A stretch of 62,431 bases of DNA, filler included, from Nitrospirae bacterium CG2_30_53_67 (GTDB lineage: Bacteria; CG2-30-53-67), in the NCBI GenBank assembly GCA_001873285.1. It is 4 parts of 4 records of this genome, joined end to end, with 100 filler letters (N's around TTAATTAATTAA, not from the genome) between each part and the next. Parts side by side here need not be neighbours in the genome. Positions count along the whole stretch, not along the records: positions 1 to 24,938 come from MNYV01000135.1; 3 more parts are not named here. The stretch is one strand, 5' to 3'. The translations under genes were made by a program, and so were the position numbers. This document shows positions 9,008-16,496 of this stretch, in pieces (position 1 is the stretch's first letter; each line of letters begins with the position of its first letter). The notes under the pieces are model-generated. The model searched no databases and was not told where the DNA came from. It saw only the letters and a list, made by a program, of their open reading frames with translations.

Positions 9008-9058
9008 TGTACAGTTTGTATACAGAAGGCCGCCCTGTTCCTGTAAAGTTTATGCGCA
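9008..9058. promoter_or_regulatory. Two candidate upstream activator sequences for the NtrC-type regulator
   Basis: Related 17-bp imperfect palindromes TGTACAGTTTGTATACA (9008-9024) and TGTAAAGTTTATGCGCA (9042-9058), 34 bp apart and about 100-150 bp upstream of the -24 box. Confidence 0.5.
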
Positions 9059-9090
9059 TTGAACGGCCTATGTATGTATATATCCTTTGC

Positions 9091-9891
9091 CTATTTCCCT
9101 TGTTTTTCCTGGGAGATATTCTTGAGTTCGCCATTGATGACCTCCTGGTCCGCAAGACGCTTAGCTTTCTTGGCCGATTCATAGGACTCGTCCACCAGTT
9201 TCAGTATTTCATGAAAATCAAAGGAGTGCCATTTGATTTCTGCGAGCCTAAACTTCTCCTCTGCATCCTTAAGCGCTGCGGCCGCGTCAGTCACGGGATA
9301 CCCTTTTTTCCTGGCAAGGGTGACAAACTCTCCGCTCCATTTGACCGTGTTCTTGGCATAGAAGATCAGGTCGAGTGTGGCGTGGGCCTCCTCCGGCACG
9401 CTGGAAGAAAGGCCGCTCTTCGTGTTGTGACAACGGCGGCAGGCGTCGGCCACGTTTTCCGGGGAGAGGATGGCGGTATGCATGGAGCCGTGGCAGGTGA
9501 TGCAGGTCGGCCCGGGCACTTCTACGTTACCGGATAGGAGGGCCTTGTAATGCCTGCTCCGGGTAAATTCCTTCCACTGCGGCTGATGGCATTCGCCGCA
9601 GAGACCGGGTATGTTGGAGCCATGGACCCGGCTTCTCGGATCGGCCGGGCGCAATACGCCGGCATGGGCCTTATCGAGTCGGATATCAGCCGGGTTCCCT
9701 CCATGACAACGGTCGCAGGTCACACCGGCCTTGTCGTGCACCGAGTCCTTCCAGTTATAAAAAGCCTTACCTTCGACTTTGTTCTGCGGCAGGGTCGCGT
9801 GGCAAGCGATGCAGGAATTCCCCTCTGCGGATGCCGGCAGAATCAGGCAGATACAAAACAGCATCTCGGAAAATGAACGTAATGTGGACAT
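9091..9891 (-). CDS. Periplasmic pentaheme c-type cytochrome with helical C-terminal domain
   Basis: Signal peptide (ASA-E); five CxxCH motifs (CIACH, CDRCH, CGECH, CITCH, CRRCH); start moved to ATG 9891 after GGAGG. Confidence 0.85.
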   Translation of the reverse strand: MSTLRSFSEMLFCICLILPASAEGNSCIACHATLPQNKVEGKAFYNWKDSVHDKAGVTCDRCHGGNPADIRLDKAHAGVLRPADPRSRVHGSNIPGLCGECHQPQWKEFTRSRHYKALLSGNVEVPGPTCITCHGSMHTAILSPENVADACRRCHNTKSGLSSSVPEEAHATLDLIFYAKNTVKWSGEFVTLARKKGYPVTDAAAALKDAEEKFRLAEIKWHSFDFHEILKLVDESYESAKKAKRLADQEVINGELKNISQEKQGK

Positions 9892-9904
9892 GCCGCCTCC
9901 TTTT

Positions 9905-11311
9905 TCAGATCTCGAAATCACTGATCTTCTTCCTGAGCGTGGTCCTCGTGATCCCGAGAAGTTTGGCCGCCTGAACCTGATTCCCTTGTGAGATCTCCAT
10001 GGCCTTCCGGATCAGAATCTTTTCCACGTTCCCGATGATGGTTTCATAAGGCGCCCGTGAGCAATCCATGCAGCGATTGAGGGCATTCTCGACCATGAAG
10101 GAGAACCCCTTGAGGAAATCCCCTTCCCCATGGATATGCATGGGGATCTCTTCCTTGAAGAGGTCCAGGGAGAGGTAGTCGTATTTGCACATGACCATGG
10201 CCTTCTTCATGGTGTTCTCCAGCTCGCGGACGTTTCCGGGCCAGTCGTAGCTCTGCAGATACTCGACCAGTCCGGTCTCAAACCCCTGAATCCTGAGGCC
10301 GAGGGCGGCATTAAACCGCTGAATGAAATATTCCAGAAAAGCCGGCATATCATCCCTATGGTCTCGAAGCGGAGGGACACGAACGGCCACCACGTTCAGC
10401 CGGTGAAACAAGTCCTGCCGGAACCGGCCCTCCTTTATATGTTTCTCCAGATGCTTGTTGGTCGCGGCCAGGATCCGCGCGTCCGAATGAAGGGTCTCTG
10501 TGCCGCCCAGCCGCTGAAAGCTTCCATCCTGCAGCACGCGCAGAACCTTGGACTGGGTGGCAAGTGACATGTCTCCGATCTCATCAAGAAAAAGAGTCCC
10601 CCCTGCGGCCTGCTCAAACTTCCCCGGTTTTCCCGTGCTGTCTGCGCCGGTGAATGTGCCTTTCTCATATCCGAAGAGTTCACTCTCCAGCAGGTTCTCC
10701 GGAATTGCTGCACAGTTCACAGCCACGAAAGGCCTCTCCGTGCGGAGACTGTACCGGTGCAGGGTCCTCGCGATCAGGTCCTTGCCGGTCCCGGACTCTC
10801 CAAGGATCAGGACGGTGATATCGGACTTGGCCACTTGTCCGATGAGTTTATAGATCTCCACCATCAAGGAGCTGTTTCCGATAAGCCGCTCTTCTGTAAG
10901 CCGGTCATCCTCGGAGACCCGCTCGATCCCGGAGCTTTTCATCAGGCGGCCGGCCTTGAGCGCCCGCTCGATAACCTGGCGCACGGCGGCGATGTCCAGG
11001 GGCTTGGTGAGATAGTCAAAGGCCCCGGCCTCAATGGATAAAATGGCCTTGTCCGTGTCGCCGAAGGCCGTAATCAGGACCACGGGAAGATCCGGCTTGA
11101 ATTCCCTGATCTGTTTCAGGGTCTCCAGGCCGTCCATGCCCGGCAGTTTCAGATCCAGGAGGATCAGATCCGGGGCCGAGTCCCGGACCCTCTCCACGGC
11201 CTGCTCTCCATCCTCGGCCGTGAAGATCTCATACTCCCTGAAAAAGATCTTTTTCAGAAAGTGCCTGACACCCGGCTCATCATCAACAATCAGTATCCTA
11301 TCCATAGTCAC
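9905..11311 (-). CDS. Sigma54-dependent response regulator (NtrC family)
   Basis: Receiver domain; GESGTGKD; ESELFGYEKGTFTGA (GAFTGA variant); LFLDEIGD; WPGNVRELEN; Fis-type HTH. Confidence 0.95.
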   Translation of the reverse strand: MTMDRILIVDDEPGVRHFLKKIFFREYEIFTAEDGEQAVERVRDSAPDLILLDLKLPGMDGLETLKQIREFKPDLPVVLITAFGDTDKAILSIEAGAFDYLTKPLDIAAVRQVIERALKAGRLMKSSGIERVSEDDRLTEERLIGNSSLMVEIYKLIGQVAKSDITVLILGESGTGKDLIARTLHRYSLRTERPFVAVNCAAIPENLLESELFGYEKGTFTGADSTGKPGKFEQAAGGTLFLDEIGDMSLATQSKVLRVLQDGSFQRLGGTETLHSDARILAATNKHLEKHIKEGRFRQDLFHRLNVVAVRVPPLRDHRDDMPAFLEYFIQRFNAALGLRIQGFETGLVEYLQSYDWPGNVRELENTMKKAMVMCKYDYLSLDLFKEEIPMHIHGEGDFLKGFSFMVENALNRCMDCSRAPYETIIGNVEKILIRKAMEISQGNQVQAAKLLGITRTTLRKKISDFEI

Positions 11312-11317
11312 TCATCG

Positions 11318-12781
11318 TTAAACCGGAAGTAGAATGGAGAAGATCGTCCCCTTCTCCTTTTTGTCCTTGAGCGAAATCTCTCCCCCGTGTTCCTGAATGA
11401 TTTGATACACGATGGATAACCCCAGCCCCGTGCCCTTCTTCCGGGTGGTATAAAAGGGCTCAAAAAGATGTTCCCGAATCGTTTCATCTATGCCCTCTCC
11501 GGTATCCTCGATATCAATCTCCACATCCTCCTCGGAACCGTTTATCGAGGTCCGAATTCGGATCTCCCCGCCATCGGGCATGGCCTGAATGGCATTCAGG
11601 CAGAGATTCCCCACGGCTTCCTCCATCTTCCGCCGATCCACAAAGACCAGGGGAAGGTCTACAGCCGGGAAAAATTTCAGGCGGATACGGGCCGTCTCCA
11701 TCCTGGGGCGGTATTTGCCTGTCACCTCTTCGAGGAATGCGTTGATGTCCACGGGACTGAGATGGATCCTGGGAGGGGCCGCATAGACAAGGAAACGGCT
11801 GATGATCTCATCCATTCTCTGAACATCGTTCAATACCATTTCCCGTTCCTCCATGTCCAGCACGCCGGACGAACCGGGCTCATTCATGGCCTGGATGCAG
11901 AGTTTGATGGAGGTAAGGGGGTTCTTCAGCTCATGGGCCAGGTTGGCCGAAAATTTTCCTATGGCGTTTAGTTTCTCGCTCCGGATCAGTTTCTCCTGTG
12001 TCCGTTGCACCCGTTCAAAGGCCTCCTTGAGTTTTACGGACATTTCGTTGAAGGTCCCGGCCAGTTCGGCGGTCTCGTCCCGGCCCTTCACCTGGATCTG
12101 AGTCCCCCATTTCCCCTTTCCGATATTCTTCGCGCCCCGGATCACATGCAGGAGAGGAAGGATGTACCGCCGGGTCATCAAGAGGCTGACCAGGACCCCC
12201 AGCATAGTCAAAAAGGCCGCCATCCCCCATAACTCTCTTTTAAGGGACCGAACCTGCTTGAGATGGTACGCCCGGGTGATCCCGATCCGCACGTATCCGA
12301 CCTGCATGGTGTTGACCACGATCGGGGTGATGACCTCAAAAATGATCGAGGTCTTCGGGAGGATCAGCGCTTCTTTGCCCGACCAATCAAATCCTGACGG
12401 ATCTTCAAGCTCTTTCCGGTATAGATCCTTGCCCACAAAGGCCAGGAGTTTTTCTTCACGGCCGTAAACGGCGGCATATTCCACAATGCCCTCCTCGGAT
12501 TCCGGCGCCTTCTCTTCTTTTTTTATTTTAAAGACATCGAGGAGCCTGTAGAGGGCGAACAGATCCTCGTAGAGGAGGGGCTCCACGGCCTGGTGCGAGA
12601 GAGCCCTGGCAAGATAGACGCCGCGTTTTCTAAGCTCCGCCTCGGATTCCTTCTCGATATGATTGAAAAAAAATAAACTCAGAACGAAGATCAGGAAAAG
12701 AATCAGGAGGATGCTGGTCACCGACACCTTGAAGGCGAGACTTAAGTACCATCGTGTTTTGAAACGCGCAACTGATTCCAT
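11318..12781 (-). CDS. Membrane sensor histidine kinase (periplasmic domain, HAMP, HisKA, HATPase)
   Basis: Two TM segments; HAMP; AHELKNPL; NAIQA; DTGEGI; FEPFYTT; GTGLGL. Confidence 0.95.
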   Translation of the reverse strand: MESVARFKTRWYLSLAFKVSVTSILLILFLIFVLSLFFFNHIEKESEAELRKRGVYLARALSHQAVEPLLYEDLFALYRLLDVFKIKKEEKAPESEEGIVEYAAVYGREEKLLAFVGKDLYRKELEDPSGFDWSGKEALILPKTSIIFEVITPIVVNTMQVGYVRIGITRAYHLKQVRSLKRELWGMAAFLTMLGVLVSLLMTRRYILPLLHVIRGAKNIGKGKWGTQIQVKGRDETAELAGTFNEMSVKLKEAFERVQRTQEKLIRSEKLNAIGKFSANLAHELKNPLTSIKLCIQAMNEPGSSGVLDMEEREMVLNDVQRMDEIISRFLVYAAPPRIHLSPVDINAFLEEVTGKYRPRMETARIRLKFFPAVDLPLVFVDRRKMEEAVGNLCLNAIQAMPDGGEIRIRTSINGSEEDVEIDIEDTGEGIDETIREHLFEPFYTTRKKGTGLGLSIVYQIIQEHGGEISLKDKKEKGTIFSILLPV

Positions 12782-12792
12782 GGTCCGTCATT

Positions 12793-13713
12793 TCACCTGT
12801 CCGGCAGCCATGATGTCTTCCTGGAGGCCTTTAGAAAATTTTCCATCTCCCGGACCGAATCATAGAGACCAGCGGAAGGCTCCACAAACCGGTCTATCTT
12901 GAGATTTTTCAAGATCTTCTTCCCTTCGGGATCCTGGTCCATGCCGAACAGGATCGCCTGAAACCTCTCCCTGAACGGCTTGGCGGTCTTTGGAGAGACC
13001 ACCACCGGCGGCATGCCGAAAGGCTGGGAGGAAAGAATCACACGCGTCTTCTCCACGCTAAGGTCATTTCTCTCCTTGAGAGAGTCGTAAACCAGGCTGT
13101 CCACGGCCGCCCCGTCCGCGATCCCACGCGCCACGGCTTCAATGGATTTGTCATGACTATGGGTGTAAAAAAAATAAGAGAAAAACTGCTCCGGTATGGC
13201 CCCCTCTTTGCGGATCAGATATTCAGGGTAGAGGGCGCCGGTATTGGAGAGATCATCGGTATAGGCGAAGATCCTCCCCCTAAGATCATCGAAGGTCTTG
13301 ATGGGGCTCTCTTTGGCAACGATGATATAGGATTGATAGGTATCCTTTCCATAAATAATGGGGATAGCCGCCACAGGGAGCTTGAAATTCTGTTCCGCTC
13401 GGAGGTAGGCTCCCGTACAGATAAAGGCGTAGTCCACGGCGCCCAACTCAAGAAGATCGTTCACCTCCTGATAGGTCCGTCTCTGTTTCAGGACGACCCG
13501 TTGACCGAACTTCTTGGATAGATAGTCCAGGAAATCCTGATAATAGGAAAACGTCTTCTCCGGGGAAATCATAGCCGAGATGGCAAAACTGATTTCCTGC
13601 TTCTCATCCCCGATCGGAGTCGAGGACAAGCTTTTTTCCTCACCCGCCCACCCCGGAGGAGCAATCAGGAATAAAAAAAACACAAGACAGACGGCCCAAA
13701 GATACTGCTTCAT
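12793..13713 (-). CDS. PhnD-fold periplasmic binding protein, AioX/ArxX-like, with no ABC permease
   Basis: QRRTYQEVNDLL, AFICTGAY, SNTG, SHDKSIEAVA and ADGAAVDS motifs; directly upstream of the kinase; start re-called at MKQYLW (signal peptide). Confidence 0.8.
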   Translation of the reverse strand: MKQYLWAVCLVFFLFLIAPPGWAGEEKSLSSTPIGDEKQEISFAISAMISPEKTFSYYQDFLDYLSKKFGQRVVLKQRRTYQEVNDLLELGAVDYAFICTGAYLRAEQNFKLPVAAIPIIYGKDTYQSYIIVAKESPIKTFDDLRGRIFAYTDDLSNTGALYPEYLIRKEGAIPEQFFSYFFYTHSHDKSIEAVARGIADGAAVDSLVYDSLKERNDLSVEKTRVILSSQPFGMPPVVVSPKTAKPFRERFQAILFGMDQDPEGKKILKNLKIDRFVEPSAGLYDSVREMENFLKASRKTSWLPDR

Positions 13714-13823
13714 TTTATACCCGATCCCATAAAGGCGCGTCCGTTCATCCTTCGCATCAAAGACCTCCCCCTCCATGAAGGTTTTCATCATATCATCTTG
13801 AAATCGGCTTGGCAATAAACTTA

Positions 13824-14762
13824 TCAGGCAAAAAACTGCCGGATGTACCCCTGTGCCACAAAAAGCGTTGCGGCCCCGATCAGCCCCTTGATGAACCTGT
13901 CGGGCATATGCTTCTGTAGCCGCGCCCCCAGGTACATCCCGGCCAGACCGCCCGCGCCGAAAAGCGCGCCGAGGAGCCAGTCCGGCGAGGTGGAGAGACC
14001 CTGAGGCCCCGGGAGGATACTGTAAAAGCCGACCCCGGCAATGGAGGAGAGGAACGTTCCCATGAGTGACGCGCCCGCCACGGTATAGACCGGCAGGTGG
14101 AAAACTGCGACGCAGAAGGGGGCGATGATGGCCCCGCCGCCCACGCCGTAGGTCCCGCCGATGATCCCGACCACAAAGGCGAGAAGAAACATGGCCTGTG
14201 TCCCGAAGGAATATCTTCTTCCCTGAAATTCATATTCGGTCTTTTTCCAGGATATGGAGATGTTGCCGACCATGGACCCGTTGAGGTTTCCATTCACTCC
14301 CATGGGATGATTCGGATTTTTTGGAGATATCCCTTTGGCAATTACCTGATAGAGAAGCCTGACGGCCAGATACAAAAGGACACATCCCACAAAGAACTTG
14401 AAACCTCTCGGGTCCGGGAGGAAATAAACCCGGAGGTAATACCCGATGACAATCCCCGGAAGCGTCCCTAAGATAATTGTCCAGGTCAGCGGCCAGACCA
14501 TGCGCCCCTCTTTGATATACCGGTAGACACCGCTGGGGATGGCCACAATGTTGAAGACGAAATTGGTGGCGCTCACGGCCGGACTGACAAAATGCAGAAC
14601 ACTCATCTGGAAAGGGAGAATCAGAAATGCCCCGGAAACCCCGCCCATGGAAGCAAAGAAGGAGATGACAAAAGCCACTGCAGGAGGGAGCAGAAGCGAG
14701 GTCGTGACTCCGGACACCGGAAAGTGATAGACGAAAAGATTCAGGATATTATAATCGCTCAT
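13824..14762 (-). CDS. TauE/SafE (TSUP) family sulfite/sulfur-compound transporter
   Basis: About 8 TM helices; SMGGVSGAFL and GIIGGTYGVGGGAIIAP repeat motifs. Confidence 0.88.
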   Translation of the reverse strand: MSDYNILNLFVYHFPVSGVTTSLLLPPAVAFVISFFASMGGVSGAFLILPFQMSVLHFVSPAVSATNFVFNIVAIPSGVYRYIKEGRMVWPLTWTIILGTLPGIVIGYYLRVYFLPDPRGFKFFVGCVLLYLAVRLLYQVIAKGISPKNPNHPMGVNGNLNGSMVGNISISWKKTEYEFQGRRYSFGTQAMFLLAFVVGIIGGTYGVGGGAIIAPFCVAVFHLPVYTVAGASLMGTFLSSIAGVGFYSILPGPQGLSTSPDWLLGALFGAGGLAGMYLGARLQKHMPDRFIKGLIGAATLFVAQGYIRQFFA

Positions 14763-15306
14763 AAACCCAGATCCTCCCTCCGTCTCTCATCTCTTCGGTC
14801 CGTTTGACAAGACGTTTCTTATGAAGATTGAGAAGTCTCGTGCCGCTGGTATTGGCAGGAATCTTCAGAGCGCCGGAGAGATCGTTGGAGTTGATCCTCT
14901 TCTTGCCCTTTATAAAATCCAGGGTCTCTTTGAGGTAATTATTCAGGCTGCCGGTCAGGACTTTCTCTCCATCCCGCGTCTCCGCCATAACGGCAAGCTC
15001 TTTTCGTTCCAGAGCGACTTCAATGTTCTCTTTCTGATTCTCATTCAGACCGGTGAGAAGAATATATTTATCCCCGTACTCGCCGGAGAGCAGGCGCGAG
15101 ACAAGCTTGGCCACAATCTCATCGGCACAGGAAAAATCAATCACCCCGATCTTCGAAAAATCGAGTGCGACCACGGTTCCATCCGGCTCGTTCCCAAGGT
15201 CCCTCTCGATCCGTTCCCGGATCTTCTCTCCCGACGGCCGGGTCACAAGATCGTTTGAGCCATTCTTGAGTTCTTGTTTTAAGAATTTATAAAGATCGTA
15301 TTTCAT
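14749..15306 (-). CDS. STAS-like (DUF4325-type) domain plus C-terminal winged helix
   Basis: LVTRPSGEKIRERI...VALDFSKIGVIDFSCADE STAS-like pattern; wHTH-like tail TSGTRLLNLHKKRLV...WVY; start re-called at MKYDL. Confidence 0.65.
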   Translation of the reverse strand: MKYDLYKFLKQELKNGSNDLVTRPSGEKIRERIERDLGNEPDGTVVALDFSKIGVIDFSCADEIVAKLVSRLLSGEYGDKYILLTGLNENQKENIEVALERKELAVMAETRDGEKVLTGSLNNYLKETLDFIKGKKRINSNDLSGALKIPANTSGTRLLNLHKKRLVKRTEEMRDGGRIWVYERL

Positions 15307-16432
15307 GTCGATTCTTCCTTTTGCACTTCGGGCAGGTCTCCTGATGACAGGCCCTGCAATATGGCCGGCCGCAGGACAAACACGCGGCAAAACATCTTCC
15401 ACAAACGATGTGCAGTCTGTCGTCGCAGACAAAATAGCCGCCGCGTGGATGAAAGCACGATTCGCACGGCAGCGGGTCCAATCCGCCCGAGAGCGGATTA
15501 TAAGTAAGCGGGAAACCCCTTTCCGCAAGCCGCCGCTTGACGGTAATCCGGAACACAGGCGCCCGCGTGTCAATGGTGACCGCCGCAATGGGCTCGATCC
15601 GAATGTTCAGGGCGTACTTGGTGATCAGATCCTGGATCTTTCCTTGCCGCTCCATATCGATCACATTCAGTTTATCCGCCAGGCTGCCCGTGACACCGCC
15701 GTTTCTGCGTCCGATCTTCCGTTCGATTTCGTCTCTGAGAGCCTGATAATATTCAAAGACGCGCTTTACGTCCCGGTTGAGCCTCCGTTCAAGACTCCTG
15801 ATGAACTCCCCCTGGCGCTCCTGCACGATATGCGCGCCGGCGATGCACGCCGACCGGAACGCCTCTTCCGGAAGATCGGATTTCTGCGGCGGTCGTTCGG
15901 TATCGCCGCCCTCCGCATAGGGCTCAAACAGGTTTGCCGTGAGATCCCTCATCCCGCCCTCTACGGTCATCGTCGCACTATTCATGCCGTTTACCAGGAC
16001 CGGCACAATGCCCTCGTGCTTTTCGTCGGACAAGGCAGCAAACTTCAGAAGGACGAGCAGATACGAAACGCCGGTGATCTCCACCTTGTCCATGCGAAAG
16101 ACGGCGTTTTGAAAAACGACCCTTTTTCCAATGAGCCGCGCCGTTTTCCCGACATTCGGAAGCGCGGCATCCAGCCGGGCCGAGGCCACCCTCACTCTTC
16201 CGGCAAACAGCTTGTTCACGGAGCTGAAAAACTCCGAATCATAGGTCGCAGGAACTGCCGACCCGCATGCGCTGCCGTACGAGAATCCGAGCCTCGTGTA
16301 CTCAGGCACGCCCAGCACCGCCGTGATTTCCGGCGGGACAACGGCATCAAGGCAGTCATCCCCTGCCTTGTCCACAATCGCGCCGTGATACGAAAGTATC
16401 TCGGCTATGACGTCAGGCAGCGACTTGTACAT
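15287..16432 (-). CDS. YqhG-like partner of SNF2 helicase with C-terminal Cys-rich Zn finger
   Basis: Follows the SNF2 gene; coiled region RRLNRDVKRVFEYY; C-terminal CESC...CGRC...CLSC...CRAC...CPKC. Confidence 0.6.
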   Translation of the reverse strand: MYKSLPDVIAEILSYHGAIVDKAGDDCLDAVVPPEITAVLGVPEYTRLGFSYGSACGSAVPATYDSEFFSSVNKLFAGRVRVASARLDAALPNVGKTARLIGKRVVFQNAVFRMDKVEITGVSYLLVLLKFAALSDEKHEGIVPVLVNGMNSATMTVEGGMRDLTANLFEPYAEGGDTERPPQKSDLPEEAFRSACIAGAHIVQERQGEFIRSLERRLNRDVKRVFEYYQALRDEIERKIGRRNGGVTGSLADKLNVIDMERQGKIQDLITKYALNIRIEPIAAVTIDTRAPVFRITVKRRLAERGFPLTYNPLSGGLDPLPCESCFHPRGGYFVCDDRLHIVCGRCFAACLSCGRPYCRACHQETCPKCKRKNRHEIRSL

Positions 16433-16496
16433 GCGTCCCCTCTCCCGGCTGTGTTCCCTTTTGACTTCCCGCTCTGAACCCGGACCTCCGACCTTG

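Noticed and set aside
12793..13713. Phosphonate ABC transporter
   Set aside because: No phnC/phnE permease or ATPase nearby; the gene is coupled to a sensor kinase
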